Below, one piece after another: positions 37,101-46,411 of a stretch of DNA of 64,000 nucleotides; within the stretch, counting starts at the first letter, position 1; each line of letters opens with the position of its first letter. This DNA is from an uncultured Gammaproteobacteria bacterium (GTDB lineage: Bacteria > Patescibacteriota > Patescibacteriia > 2-01-FULL-39-33): the NCBI GenBank assembly GCA_964350585.1, contig CAYGKC010000003.1, positions 4,678 through 68,677 on the forward strand, in the 5' to 3' direction. The position numbers and the translations under genes are program-made. The notes under the pieces are model-generated. The model worked only from the letters and a program-made list of their open reading frames with translations, did not search any database and was not told where the DNA came from.

Positions 37101-37721
37101 TTTTAATAGCCTATCAGCGTAATTTGTAATTCTAAGCATCCATTGGCGCATATCTTTTTTTACAACTTCAGTTCCGCATCTGTCGCATTTGCCATCTTTA
37201 ACTTCTTCATTGGCAAGACCAGTCTTGCATGAGGGACAAAAATTTATGGGCACGGTAGCTTCATACGCCAAGCCCTTTTTAAATAATTGCAAAAATATCC
37301 ACTGCGTCCATTTATAATAATCCGGATCAGTCGTATCGATTTCCCTTGACCAATCATATGAAAATCCAAGCGATTGAATTTGTCGTTTAAAGGTTGCAAT
37401 GTTTTTGGCAGTTGTTTCGCGCGGATGAGTGCCGGTTTTTATGGCGTAATTTTCTGCAGGCAAACCGAATGCATCCCAACCCATAGGATGTAAAACATTA
37501 AAGCCTTTCATCCGAAAATATCGGGAATATATATCTGTGGCAGTATAGCCTTCAGGATGGCCAACATGAAGCCCTGCTCCAGAAGGATATGGAAACATAT
37601 CCAAAATATATTTTTTGGGTTTTTTATCAAAATCAACGGCTTTATTCAATTCCTTTTTCTCCCAAAAATCCTGCCATTTATTTTCGCCGTCATTTTTTAA
37701 AAATTCTTTATAACTATGCAT
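34158..37721 (-). CDS. leuS: leucyl-tRNA synthetase with in-frame inserted Nudix hydrolase domain and RBBP9/YdeN-type serine hydrolase domain
   Basis: HIGH motif [14 protein letters not shown] and KMSKS motif; editing CP1 (TTRPDT…AVPAHDERD) and Zn motifs CPSCK…CDRCG. At 1187 aa it is ~330 aa longer than typical bacterial LeuRS. Complete Nudix box [23 protein letters not shown] sits at aa ~445-467 (nt ~36100-36480). Alpha/beta hydrolase with GHSLGA nucleophile elbow, Asp (SEDDPY) and His (GFGHF) is at aa ~621-812 (nt ~35286-35861). Confidence 0.9.
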   Translation of the reverse strand: MHSYKEFLKNDGENKWQDFWEKKELNKAVDFDKKPKKYILDMFPYPSGAGLHVGHPEGYTATDIYSRYFRMKGFNVLHPMGWDAFGLPAENYAIKTGTHPRETTAKNIATFKRQIQSLGFSYDWSREIDTTDPDYYKWTQWIFLQLFKKGLAYEATVPINFCPSCKTGLANEEVKDGKCDRCGTEVVKKDMRQWMLRITNYADRLLKGLDKLDWPESIKSQQRNWIGRSEGAEVDFAVVESGANDSMASADSSVIPAKAGIQNSESGKPEMTIRVYTTRPDTLFGATYMVLSPEHELIQNLKDKIKNFDEVNKYIVQAKNKSDLERTDLAKDKTGVELKGIKAVNPVNGKEIRIWISDYVLASYGTGAIMAVPAHDERDWEFAKKFGLEIVQVVAPLFGAIMDKDKIKPEKETVRRKSVYVIVKHWQDDSYYCLDWQEHNWRSFVMGGIEEGETAEEAAVRETKEETGYENIKSIKQISVETHNNYYAEHKGINRYAESLCFYIELQDGKRSNDIDVEHHQGEWIAKNKISEFINLPSHKWYWDELVKGEKAFTDIDNGVMINSEFLNGLKPSEVIGKMTAWLEENGHGKKAVNYKLRDWVFSRQRYWGEPIPLIYCEKCKNKKRKVLMIHGFEGNGDGNWFSWLKEKLQQQGFEVFNPTMTTAQHPVLEKWIEELNPYIEQMDENDIIIGHSLGAKAALNLIQKNNKKIGQLILVAPVLDKSSDEDYDALKEKWAGSDIESLKNFSAQKTDWNKVSELVKRKNVIFSEDDPYIFMETKEILPAGWSKELWQGFGHFQEKEIPEILHLILQNRSNGWFPVSENELPLTLPEVDKFEPSGTGESPLANIKEWVEIKCPYCGGDAKRETNTMPQWAGSSWYWLRYLDPQNKNAFADLEKLKYWLPVDVYVGGAEHAVLHLLYARFWNMVLFDLGYVPQEEPFAKLVNQGLILGEDSEKMSKSRGNVVNPDEVVAEHGADAFRMYEMFMGPLEDVKPWNTKGIVGIDRFLEKVWNMGNDPATVIPAKACLRRQAGIQSDNGLDILLNKTIKKVGEDIESMRFNTAISAMMILVNKFAESVSKEFYQKFLIILSPFAPHMAEELWSKLGNKESIFKESWPSYDESKIKDEKVEIVVQINGKVRGKVSLPAGTAEAQAVEAAKNEPNVKKYLENSQIKKTIFVPNKLISFVI
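34622..34665. repeat. GC-rich palindromic repeat, long variant (GATTCCCGCC-[18-nt nested palindrome]-TTCGCGGGAAT-aACAg), in frame inside leuS
   Basis: Arms ATTCCCGC/GCGGGAAT flank a nested palindrome gcctgcctgc/gcaggcaggc. Translated as …[16 protein letters not shown]… in LeuRS. Confidence 0.8.
36939..36964. repeat. GC-rich palindromic repeat GATTCCCGCCTTCGCGGGAATGACAG, in frame inside leuS editing-domain region
   Basis: 8-bp arms ATTCCCGC/GCGGGAAT. Translated as …[14 protein letters not shown]… within a ~25-aa expansion between [10 protein letters not shown] and [10 protein letters not shown]. Antisense reading gives the WIPAFAGMT-type spurious ORF at 36919..37122. Confidence 0.8.
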
Positions 37722-37822
37722 AAAATTAATATTTCTACAGTCTTCTTTTTAAGATTTTAATGTCTTTAAATTAACATAAAACAACAATTAATTCAACTTT
37801 TTACTTCCATTTATAATTCAAT

Positions 37823-38803
37823 ATGTTACACTTTTTGAAGGAGAAACAACATCAAACAGTGGAGGAAAATGCCATGGCAAGATACGCAATAATTTCTGAC
37901 ATGCATTCCTCCACTGGCTATATCATGGAGGAGGCGGAAGTGTTAGCAACAAGATTCGGCAAATGGCTTCTCGGGCCGTTTTACCGATCAATGAAAGAGG
38001 AGATAAAGGATCACCATCATGTTCGCTCTACCTTAGAGAGAATCAAACAGGGCGGTTATGATGGCATCATCGGCTTGGGAGACTATTCGCAAACAGGAGA
38101 GGCAGAAGAAGCCGAAGAGGCTATGGATCTTTTAAATCAGTACTCTAAAGGAGCGCCTCTATATTTGGCTCCAGGAAACCATGACATAAAGTCGTGGGTT
38201 AAATTCGGTGATAGGTGGTCTGAATATTTAAGCGAGGAACAGATAGATTCTTACAAAAAAATATTCGGTCCGCTTTATGGAGCAAAAGAGCTTAAAGGAA
38301 ATGTCATATTAATTTGGCTTATGTCTGAGCCCTTTATGTTTCAATGGCATAAGCATGATCACCTTTCATCAAGGCAATACCGGCTCCTTAACAACATTCT
38401 CAAGGCTCAACTTCAGTTCTTGCAAGAAACACTAAACTGCAAGCAATGGGTTGATAAAAAAATCATTCTGTCTTTGCATGATCCGGGAGCACTGTTGTCT
38501 AGCCATTTAAAAGGAGCACTTTGGCAACATAGAAACAGAATTTTACTTACCCTAACCGGACATATTCATGCAGGTTGGCTTATGAGAATAATGTGCTTGG
38601 TCCATCCTATTCTTTGGCCAAAACTACTATGGCAAATGCGCAGGTATAAAGCGTGGCTTATCCCTTCCGTTTGGGGCATTGCTTTGCCGGATACCTTTTG
38701 GATGGCAGGAGCAGGTTGGGCTGAACTTGATATAAGTGACAGTGGCAACAAACTACTGTTCCATTTCACTAATTCCAAAAAAATAAGAGGTTTTCGTTTA
38801 TAA
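37823..38803 (+). CDS. calcineurin-like metallophosphoesterase (MPP) family protein
   Basis: MPP motifs ISDMH (DxH), GLGDYS (GD), GNHD, and GHIHAGW (GHxH). Paralog of the next gene. Confidence 0.6.
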   Translation: MLHFLKEKQHQTVEENAMARYAIISDMHSSTGYIMEEAEVLATRFGKWLLGPFYRSMKEEIKDHHHVRSTLERIKQGGYDGIIGLGDYSQTGEAEEAEEAMDLLNQYSKGAPLYLAPGNHDIKSWVKFGDRWSEYLSEEQIDSYKKIFGPLYGAKELKGNVILIWLMSEPFMFQWHKHDHLSSRQYRLLNNILKAQLQFLQETLNCKQWVDKKIILSLHDPGALLSSHLKGALWQHRNRILLTLTGHIHAGWLMRIMCLVHPILWPKLLWQMRRYKAWLIPSVWGIALPDTFWMAGAGWAELDISDSGNKLLFHFTNSKKIRGFRL

Positions 38804-38833
38804 AACCGTTCTCAAGAAAGAGAACGGTTTTTA
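38804..38833 (+). terminator. rho-independent terminator (CCGTTCTC-aagaaa-GAGAACGG + TTTTTATT)
   Basis: Perfect 8-bp stem and U-run immediately after the stop at 38803. Confidence 0.6.
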
Positions 38834-38882
38834 TTGACAATAAAGGAGATTTAGTTGATAATATAGTTGCTAAATAAATTTT

Positions 38883-39878
38883 ATGATGCAATTTTTAATA
38901 ATTGCCGACATGCATTTTGCAATTGAAAAAGCAAAAAAAGATAATCGGCAGATTTTACATAAATTAGGCGATATGATCCCCACGCTTAACCAGCGACGTA
39001 TGAGTGGAGCATCATCGCATATACAAAAAACTTTCAGGGAAGCTGCAAATTACGGACCGTACGAAGCGATTATTGATCTAGGAGACAGAACACACGGAAC
39101 ACCGGACAATACTGGACTAATATGCAGTCATAGTGTAAATGAAGCTTTTGAAGCAATAAAATTGCGCAAAGAATCATTTCCCGAAATTCCAGATAATTTA
39201 GTTTGCCAAATACCAGGCAACCATGATTTGGGTTGGGCGCTTTCATCTTTCGCGCGCAAAGGAGACGGCTATCTAAAAAAGAGCTTAGCCAGCTATCGGA
39301 AAATATACGGTCCCCTATTTTGGATGAAAGAATTAACCTCAGAAATTAACGTCATTGGAATATCTTCTGAACCTTTTCTTTATGATTACAACCAGCCTAA
39401 AAAATTCAAAAATGGCGAAAATGAAAAAGAAATTAAAACCAGAATTCTCCTTCTTAAAAATGAACTTGCTCTTCAGCTTTCCTTTATAAAAAATTCCCTG
39501 CAAGAGATAAAACAAAAAAATAAAAAATTCATACTTGCAGTACATGAACCCTTTGCCATGCTTTCTCCTAAACTTCAGGCATTAATAGAACCTTACAAAG
39601 AAAGGCATTTAGTTACTCTCGCAGGCCATGTTCATGCCAGATGGCTGATGAATATTTTAAACTTCACGATGCCTCAAAATAGTCTGCCAATATTCAAACG
39701 TTATAAAATACAAATGATTCCTTCAGTATGGGGCATAATGATTCCTTCAATTCCTTGGGGAATCGGAGCCGGTTGGGCAAGGATAGTCATTGAAGATGAT
39801 GGGCATATCAATCTTTACATTTACAGAACAAACAAAAAAAAGTTCCAAGGCATACGCCTTGGAAAATCTTGTTTATAA
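38883..39878 (+). CDS. calcineurin-like metallophosphoesterase family protein (tandem paralog)
   Basis: Motifs IADMH, DLGDRT, GNHD, and GHVHARW, with the same spacing as the preceding gene. Confidence 0.6.
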   Translation: MMQFLIIADMHFAIEKAKKDNRQILHKLGDMIPTLNQRRMSGASSHIQKTFREAANYGPYEAIIDLGDRTHGTPDNTGLICSHSVNEAFEAIKLRKESFPEIPDNLVCQIPGNHDLGWALSSFARKGDGYLKKSLASYRKIYGPLFWMKELTSEINVIGISSEPFLYDYNQPKKFKNGENEKEIKTRILLLKNELALQLSFIKNSLQEIKQKNKKFILAVHEPFAMLSPKLQALIEPYKERHLVTLAGHVHARWLMNILNFTMPQNSLPIFKRYKIQMIPSVWGIMIPSIPWGIGAGWARIVIEDDGHINLYIYRTNKKKFQGIRLGKSCL

Positions 39879-39887
39879 TAAACTAAT

Positions 39888-42752
39888 TTATTTTATTAAA
39901 CTTTTTAAATACTTTCCAGTATAGCTGTTTTTTGCTTTTATAATTTCCAGTGGCGTTCCCTCTGCCACTATATAGCCTCCTTTTTCACCGCCCTCAGGTC
40001 CCAAATCAATAACCCAATCAGCTGATTTTATCACGTCCAAATTGTGCTCCACTATTAAAACAGAGTTTTCCTTATCCACTAGACGGTTAAGCACTTGAAG
40101 CAACCTGTTGACGTCATCAAAATGCAAACCCGTTGTAGGCTCGTCTAAAATATAAAGCGTTTTGCCGGTCGGCCTTCGCGAAAGCTCAGTTGCCAATTTT
40201 ACTCTTTGGGCTTCACCACCCGAGAGAGTCGTTGCGCTTTGCCCTAACCGCAAATATCCAAGTCCCACTTCTTCGAGTATATGAAGCTTATCAACTATCT
40301 GAACATCTTCAGCAAAAAACTTCTTAGCTTCAGAAACTGTCATATCAAGCACATCAGCAATATTCTTTCCACTTCCCTGATATCCGGAAGGTGAGTAATA
40401 AATATCCAAAGCTTCTTTATTATATCTTTTGCCGTGACATTCTTCACATTCTATAAACACGTCGGGCAGAAATTGCATTTCGATTTTCACATAACCCTCT
40501 CCCCCGCAATTTTCACATCTTCCTCCTCCTTTTACATTAAAACTAAAATGTCCAAGCTTAAAGCCTCTCATTTTACTTTCAGGAAGAGAAGCGTATAAAT
40601 CCCTTATATAAGTAAACACGCCGGTATATGTTGCTGGATTAGATCGTGGCGTTCTTCCTATTGGAGATTGATCAATATTTATTACCTTATCTAAATTTTC
40701 CATTCCCTTGATTTCTTTGTGTTTGCCGGGAAGTTCTTTTGTGCGGTAAAATTTCGCAGCCAAGGCTTTAGCTAAAATTTCAGACATCAGTGTGGATTTA
40801 CCCGAACCAGAAACTCCGGAAATAACAACTAAGCTTGCCAAAGGTATTTTTACATCAATATTTTTTAAATTAAATTCACTGGCTCCTAAAATTTGAAGAA
40901 ATTTTCCATTGCCCTTGCGAAATTCTTTGCGTATCGGTATTGATTTTTTCCCTGAAAGATACTGACCGGTAATAGATTTTTTATCAGTCAAAATTTGCTT
41001 TGGCGTTCCTTCAAAGACCAATTCTCCGCCCAGCACTCCGGCTCCAGGGCCTATATCTATCAAGTAATCTGATTCTCTCATAACTTGTTCGTCATGTTCA
41101 ACAACAATTACAGTATTGCCTTTATCTCTTAAATTTTTAAGTGTTGTAACTAACTTTTCAGTATCCCGGGCATGCAAACCGATTGAAGGCTCATCAAGAA
41201 CATAAGTCACTGATTCCAACCCTGATCCTATCTGAGTCGCCAACCTAATTCTTTGAGCTTCACCGCCGGCAAGAGTATTAGCACTTCTTGACAGAGCCAA
41301 GTAATCCAAGCCTACATTTTTTAAATAAGTCAGTTTTTTCTCTATTTCGCGTATTACTTGTTTAGCAATTTTTCCTTCATTCTTTCCTTCCCACTGCTTT
41401 GAAACCTTCGCAAAAAACTCGGCTATTTTATTGCCGTCAAGATTCGTAAGCTGTGAAATATTTACTGAATCAATTGTGACAGAAAGACTTTCGGGCTTTA
41501 GCCTTGCGCCTTTGCAACTGGGACAAGTAGAAATCCTCATATACTCTTCAAGTGTCTTCTGAAGATATTCTGATTTAGTATCCTTATATTTATCATCCAA
41601 AAACTTAATCAATCCCTCAAATCTAAACATTTGACCATCAATTTCATATGTTTCGTTTCCGCTTCCGTTGAAAATCATTTCTTGGACTTTCGGACTCAAC
41701 TCGCCAAATGGAATATTCAAGTCAAACTTATTTTTTTCTGCAACTTTTTCCAATAATTTAAAATTAGTATTTTGGGATGCAAAATTTCTAGCCCACGGCT
41801 TAATTGCGCCTTCCGCCAACGTAAGACGTTTATTTGGAACAATAAGATCTGGGTTGGGAACCAATTTTATGCCTAATCCTTTGCAAGAACCGCATGCGCC
41901 AAAAGGCGAATTAAAAGAAAAACTTCTTGGCTCAATCTCAGGCAAATTTATTCCGCAGAAATGACAGACATAGTAAAGATTAAAATTAATATTGTCTTCT
42001 TTTTTAGGCAAATAAATATTTACAAATCCATTTCCCAAATCCAAAGCGATATTTAAAGCTTTAACTAATCTCTGATAATCCAAATCTGAGGGTTTTTTTT
42101 CTGCAATCTCAGAAGATATAACCATTTTATCAATAAGAACCTCCACTGTATGATTTTGATCCTTAGAAAGTGAGAGTTCTTTAATTTCTTCATAATTATA
42201 AAAATTTCCGTCAATTCTGAAAATTTCATAGTTGCTTTTGATCATTGCGTCTATTTCTTTAGAATGAGATCCTTTCTTATTAAGAATAATTGGTGAAAGA
42301 ATTTGTATTTCGCTTCCAGGATCTAATTTTACAATTTGATCCAAAATTTCCGAAGCTGTTTGCCTGCCAACTTCCCTACCGCATTGCGGGCAATGGACAG
42401 TTCCCACCTTTGCATAAAGCAATCTTAAATAATCATAGATTTCCGTAATGGTTCCGACAGTCGAACGGGGATTAACTGATGATGATTTCTGATCTATTGC
42501 AATCGTCGGCGTCAATCCTTCAATACTGTCAACATCTGGTTTATCCATCAAATCCAAAAATTGTTTGGCATATGATGACAAACTTTCTGCGTAGCGTCTT
42601 TGCCCTTCAGCATATATTGTATCAAAAGCCAAAGATGATTTACCGGATCCTGAAAGCCCTGTTATTACAACTAGCTTATTTTTAGGAATATCAATACTTA
42701 AATTCTTTAAATTATTGACCCTTGATTTTTTAATGCTGATTTTTTCGAGCAT
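39888..42752 (-). CDS. uvrA: excinuclease ABC subunit A
   Basis: Two ABC ATPase modules ([12 protein letters not shown]; [11 protein letters not shown]). Signature LSGGEAQR appears twice. Zn-finger Cys clusters. Confidence 0.9.
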   Translation of the reverse strand: MLEKISIKKSRVNNLKNLSIDIPKNKLVVITGLSGSGKSSLAFDTIYAEGQRRYAESLSSYAKQFLDLMDKPDVDSIEGLTPTIAIDQKSSSVNPRSTVGTITEIYDYLRLLYAKVGTVHCPQCGREVGRQTASEILDQIVKLDPGSEIQILSPIILNKKGSHSKEIDAMIKSNYEIFRIDGNFYNYEEIKELSLSKDQNHTVEVLIDKMVISSEIAEKKPSDLDYQRLVKALNIALDLGNGFVNIYLPKKEDNINFNLYYVCHFCGINLPEIEPRSFSFNSPFGACGSCKGLGIKLVPNPDLIVPNKRLTLAEGAIKPWARNFASQNTNFKLLEKVAEKNKFDLNIPFGELSPKVQEMIFNGSGNETYEIDGQMFRFEGLIKFLDDKYKDTKSEYLQKTLEEYMRISTCPSCKGARLKPESLSVTIDSVNISQLTNLDGNKIAEFFAKVSKQWEGKNEGKIAKQVIREIEKKLTYLKNVGLDYLALSRSANTLAGGEAQRIRLATQIGSGLESVTYVLDEPSIGLHARDTEKLVTTLKNLRDKGNTVIVVEHDEQVMRESDYLIDIGPGAGVLGGELVFEGTPKQILTDKKSITGQYLSGKKSIPIRKEFRKGNGKFLQILGASEFNLKNIDVKIPLASLVVISGVSGSGKSTLMSEILAKALAAKFYRTKELPGKHKEIKGMENLDKVINIDQSPIGRTPRSNPATYTGVFTYIRDLYASLPESKMRGFKLGHFSFNVKGGGRCENCGGEGYVKIEMQFLPDVFIECEECHGKRYNKEALDIYYSPSGYQGSGKNIADVLDMTVSEAKKFFAEDVQIVDKLHILEEVGLGYLRLGQSATTLSGGEAQRVKLATELSRRPTGKTLYILDEPTTGLHFDDVNRLLQVLNRLVDKENSVLIVEHNLDVIKSADWVIDLGPEGGEKGGYIVAEGTPLEIIKAKNSYTGKYLKSLIK

Positions 42753-42821
42753 GTTTTTTGATGATTAATAAGAGACGATCAAATTAACATCCATTATAAA
42801 GGAAAAGTCGCGCTTGGTCAA

Positions 42822-42852
42822 GCAATCAAAAAGAACGGCCCAATAGCCGTTC
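42822..42852 (-). terminator. rho-independent terminator for 42867..43244 gene (GAACGGC-tattgg-GCCGTTC + U-run on minus strand)
   Basis: 7-bp stem at 42833-42852 with an A-run on the plus strand (a U-run on the minus strand) downstream of the minus-strand stop. Confidence 0.5.
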
Positions 42853-42866
42853 AAATTGACTCAATA

Positions 42867-43244
42867 TTAAGATCTTCTGTTCACCTTATATCTAACTCCA
42901 AAGAAATATATTAGGACCACCACCATAAAGTAAATATAAATAATTGCTCCCACAATCCATCCGATTATCGGGATTAACATTACCATACTCGCAATAAATG
43001 GAACAAGAACTAAATTATAAAACCAGGTTTTTTTTGATACTCCTGATTTTTCAAAGGTGACATGTTCAGTCATGCCCCAATGATAAACATTTATCAAATT
43101 AAGAATGCCAATAATAATAGCTATTATCCCAATGATAAGAGCTGTTATGCCTAATCCTGCCAAAACAGATTCTAAAGTTGAAGTTTCCACATTTCCCCAA
43201 CCCCAATCAGGAAGAGAAAACATCTGCAAAGCGTATAAAAACAT
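42867..43244 (-). CDS. small hypothetical membrane protein (3-4 TM)
   Basis: ORF of 125 aa, very hydrophobic (GITALIIGIIAIIIGILNLI…; IPIIGWIVGAIIYIYFMVVVLIYFF). Confidence 0.35.
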   Translation of the reverse strand: MFLYALQMFSLPDWGWGNVETSTLESVLAGLGITALIIGIIAIIIGILNLINVYHWGMTEHVTFEKSGVSKKTWFYNLVLVPFIASMVMLIPIIGWIVGAIIYIYFMVVVLIYFFGVRYKVNRRS

Positions 43245-43309
43245 TTAAATTCACCTCCTTTCGTTTAATATTTTTACAAATTCTATAATAATAATTTATT
43301 ATTATGAAT

Positions 43310-44221
43310 TTATGAAGCTGAATTTAAATTATATTTTTCGATATTTTTATTACAGATGTTTTGAATTTTCTTAATTTCAACTTTCCCCTCTTCAGAAGAG
43401 AATAAGTGCTTGAATCTTTTTTGAATTTTTAAAAATTCTTCTACAGGAACCTGCTTCGTAACTTTCATTTTGTTAACCAACTCTCCGTTTATATACTCAA
43501 TAATAGGATAAAAACCGGATTGCACTGCAAGGCGCGCCACATTTAAGGAATCTTTAGGCTCTATGCCCCAGCCGGGCACGCAAGAGGTATAAATTTGTAA
43601 ATACTTCGGTCCTTTTATGCTCAGTGCTTTTTTTACTTTATTTACGATGTCCGTTGGGTAGCCCATAGTAGATGTAGCAACATAAGGCAAGTGGTGCGCC
43701 AAAGCAATACCTATCATATCTTTTTTGACTTGTTGGCTGCCAAAAGATTCTTTTCCAGGCGGTGTAGTGGAAGTATTGGCATTTAAAGGAGTTGATCCGC
43801 TAGATTGGTAACCTGTATTCTGATAAGCTTCATTGTCAAAACAAATATATAAGATATTTTCTCCTCTTTCCCACATGCCTGAAATCTGTCCCATGCCGAT
43901 ATCAAAAGTAGCGCCATCACCGCCTATGGCAATTACGTTTATTTTTTCATCTTCTTTTTTGTGTTTGAGAGCTGATAAAATACCGGAGGCGATTGAGGAA
44001 GAGTTCTCAAATAGGCTATGAATCCATGGCATCTTGAATGCTGTCATGGGATATTGGGTAGTTGTCACTTCACTGCAACCTGTTGCATTGGCAATTATAG
44101 TGTTCGGTCCTGCAGCATCAGCTAAAAGCCTATAAGCAATAATCATTCCGCAACCGGCGCATGCGCTATGGCCTGGATTCACTTGATGCGATATTGGAGC
44201 TTTGTATTTTTTATTTTCCAT
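43310..44221 (-). CDS. porB: 2-oxoacid (pyruvate):ferredoxin oxidoreductase beta subunit (TPP-binding)
   Basis: GCSEVTT and the TPP-binding GGDGATFDIGMG motif. Cys ligands for the proximal [4Fe-4S]. Confidence 0.8.
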   Translation of the reverse strand: MENKKYKAPISHQVNPGHSACAGCGMIIAYRLLADAAGPNTIIANATGCSEVTTTQYPMTAFKMPWIHSLFENSSSIASGILSALKHKKEDEKINVIAIGGDGATFDIGMGQISGMWERGENILYICFDNEAYQNTGYQSSGSTPLNANTSTTPPGKESFGSQQVKKDMIGIALAHHLPYVATSTMGYPTDIVNKVKKALSIKGPKYLQIYTSCVPGWGIEPKDSLNVARLAVQSGFYPIIEYINGELVNKMKVTKQVPVEEFLKIQKRFKHLFSSEEGKVEIKKIQNICNKNIEKYNLNSAS

Positions 44222-44309
44222 ATTTAAACTTTTAATGTCTGATTAATTATTTTTTTCTTATCATCGTGAACCATATCAGCCTTTGGAGAATAAACTATCC
44301 ATACTACTA

Positions 44310-44334
44310 GATTCCCGCCTTCGCGGGAATGACA
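44310..44334. repeat. GC-rich palindromic repeat GATTCCCGCCTTCGCGGGAATGACA (intergenic copy between porA and porB)
   Basis: Same 8-bp inverted arms as the two leuS copies. Lies 9 nt downstream of the porA stop. Confidence 0.8.
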
Positions 44335-44342
44335 AACAACGT

Positions 44343-45476
44343 TTATCTACCGACAAAAATAACTTTTTCTTTTGGGTTTTTAACAGTTGAATAAACTTGC
44401 TTAATCATATTTTTTGTAATATCCCTTCCGCCAAGACCAAGAATATAACTTACAATATTTTTCTTTTGCCCCATTAACGCTCTTTTTATTTCAGTAGCGA
44501 TAATTCCCTCCTGTCCGAGAGATATTGATTTATCAACCACGGCAATATTTTTTGCCTTTGCTAAAATCTCTGCGATTTTTGCATCGGGAAACGGTCTAAA
44601 TGAAACTATTTTCAAAACTCCGACATTCTTTTTATCTTTTTTAAGCTCATCCACCGCTTCTTTTATTGTCCCAAGAACAGATCCCATAGCCACAATTACA
44701 GTATCAGCATCTTTATCACCGTAATATTCAATTAAATTCAAGCTCCTGCCAAAAAATTTTTTAAATTCTTTCATTTCTTTTTGCAGTTTCTTTTCTGAAG
44801 AAACTAAGTCATCATGCAATTCTTTCCTAATTTCCATGTAATGCTGAGGCGTCGCAAAAGCTCCAAAAGTCAGAGGCTTTTCTGTATCAAGATATTCTTT
44901 TGGAGTATAAGGAGGCAAATATTTTTTCACTTCTTCTTCCGTGGCTATATCAACCGGCTCCACAACATGAGTCAAGACAAATCCGTCCAAGTTAACCATG
45001 ACCGGAAGCTCGAGGCTTTCTCCCACTTTATATGCCAGTATATGCAAATCGCAAACTTCTTGCACTGTTTCGCCAAAAAGCATTATCCAGCCGGCATCGC
45101 GAATAACCATTACATCTTGCTGATCATTCCAAATATTTATGGGAGCAGAAACTGCTCGATTGGCATCTGTAACGATTACCGGCAATCTCATCCCGGCAAT
45201 ATTATACAAAACCTCTGTCATTAATAATAAACCCTGCGATGATGTCGCAGTATAAACTCTTACGCCCGTTGCAGAAGCGCCTTCAACTATTGATGCGGCC
45301 GCAAATTCGCTTTCCGCCCTGACATATTCAAAATCCGCTTTGCCATCCGCTTTAAGCTTGGCCAGATCTTCAACAATGTGAGTCTGAGGCGTAATCGGAT
45401 AAGCAGATACCACTGCCGGCTTTATCGCATTTATTGTTTCGGCAATCGCACGACTGCCTTCTAATATTTTTTTCAT
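44343..45476 (-). CDS. porA: 2-oxoacid:ferredoxin oxidoreductase alpha subunit
   Basis: ORF of 377 aa. Homologous layout to POR alpha domain I/II (…YPITPQT…GAS..G.R.), and adjacent to porB. Confidence 0.75.
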   Translation of the reverse strand: MKKILEGSRAIAETINAIKPAVVSAYPITPQTHIVEDLAKLKADGKADFEYVRAESEFAAASIVEGASATGVRVYTATSSQGLLLMTEVLYNIAGMRLPVIVTDANRAVSAPINIWNDQQDVMVIRDAGWIMLFGETVQEVCDLHILAYKVGESLELPVMVNLDGFVLTHVVEPVDIATEEEVKKYLPPYTPKEYLDTEKPLTFGAFATPQHYMEIRKELHDDLVSSEKKLQKEMKEFKKFFGRSLNLIEYYGDKDADTVIVAMGSVLGTIKEAVDELKKDKKNVGVLKIVSFRPFPDAKIAEILAKAKNIAVVDKSISLGQEGIIATEIKRALMGQKKNIVSYILGLGGRDITKNMIKQVYSTVKNPKEKVIFVGR

Positions 45477-45479
45477 AAG

Positions 45480-45800
45480 TTATAAAATGTAATCCTTCAA
45501 AAGTTGCTCCTCTACACTTTTTATGTCTCTTTCCATAATCATTTCAAAAGTTTTCTTTTCATCCTTTAAAATTTTTTCAGTTGGAAAGAAATTTATATTT
45601 TTATCTCTTTTACCATGACCAATACAATATGCCAAAAGGCTAGCCGCCTTCACTTCAGCATCTTCAATCTTAACAATTTCAGGCAACAATGTTTTATCAT
45701 ACGGCTTCTTAATTAAAGTGTCGAATTCTGTCAAGAATTTTTTATATAGATCACTATCTTGAATTTCATCTTCTTGATTTTTTTGAGGAATTTCTCCCAT
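45480..45800 (-). CDS. hypothetical protein inserted between porD and porA
   Basis: ORF of 106 aa with no recognised motif. Confidence 0.3.
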   Translation of the reverse strand: MGEIPQKNQEDEIQDSDLYKKFLTEFDTLIKKPYDKTLLPEIVKIEDAEVKAASLLAYCIGHGKRDKNINFFPTEKILKDEKKTFEMIMERDIKSVEEQLLKDYIL

Positions 45801-45827
45801 ATATTTTTATTATTTAATTTAAAGTAA

Positions 45828-46103
45828 CTATTTTTTTTCTTCTCGCATTTGGATCGCCTTTACTGGGCACTCCGCAGCGCAAATACCGCATCCTTTACAC
45901 CAATCCAAATCACATCCGTAAATACTTTTGCCGGTAGAATTTTTTTTGCCCGTGTTAAAACAAATCCCCTCAGGGCAAATGCGTTCACAGTTACCGCAAC
46001 CGATGCATTTTTCTTCATCTATATCCGGGTAATACATATCTCGCCAATTTCCGGTTTTAACTTGTGAAGTTGTTCCTGGTTTGGCATTTATATTTATTTT
46101 CAT
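45828..46103 (-). CDS. porD: 2-oxoacid:ferredoxin oxidoreductase delta subunit (2x[4Fe-4S] ferredoxin)
   Basis: Two CxxCxxCxxxCP motifs (CIGCGNCERICPEG; CKGCGICAAECPVK). Confidence 0.8.
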   Translation of the reverse strand: MKININAKPGTTSQVKTGNWRDMYYPDIDEEKCIGCGNCERICPEGICFNTGKKNSTGKSIYGCDLDWCKGCGICAAECPVKAIQMREEKK

Positions 46104-46106
46104 AAT

Positions 46107-46409
46107 TTATTCTAAATCAGTTTTAATTAGTTCCTCGCTTAACTCTTCCTGCATTTTTACAGTTTCATCTATAAGCTTTAGTTTTATATGCTTGGACAAT
46201 TCTTTATAAAAATTTATGTATTTGTCCGTCTGTTCCAAATATTCAGTTTCTTTATCTCCTAAATTGTCGATGATTTGGATAATTTTCAAAAGATCTTCAT
46301 CAGAAATATTTGAAATATTACTTATAACCTGCTCCTGAACAAACGGAGGTAAAGATGAAAAAGATAACTTAACGATCAAATCCTCAACTATTTCTTGTCT
46401 TATTTTCAT
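46107..46409 (-). CDS. hypothetical acidic protein
   Basis: ORF of 100 aa with no motif. Confidence 0.3.
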   Translation of the reverse strand: MKIRQEIVEDLIVKLSFSSLPPFVQEQVISNISNISDEDLLKIIQIIDNLGDKETEYLEQTDKYINFYKELSKHIKLKLIDETVKMQEELSEELIKTDLE

Positions 46410-46411
46410 AT

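Noticed and set aside
34552-37122. Plus-strand ORFs 34552..34887, 34620..34850, 36405..36710, 36919..37122 and others inside leuS
   Set aside because: They are antisense to a strongly supported LeuRS reading frame. Two are created by the GC-rich palindromic repeat, which gives the [21 protein letters not shown]-type peptides typical of repeat-derived spurious ORFs.
40161-40186. Partial match (ccttcgcg) to the GC-rich repeat inside uvrA
   Set aside because: Only a short half-site is present with no inverted arm. It is consistent with ordinary coding sequence (…RRPTGK…) rather than a repeat copy.
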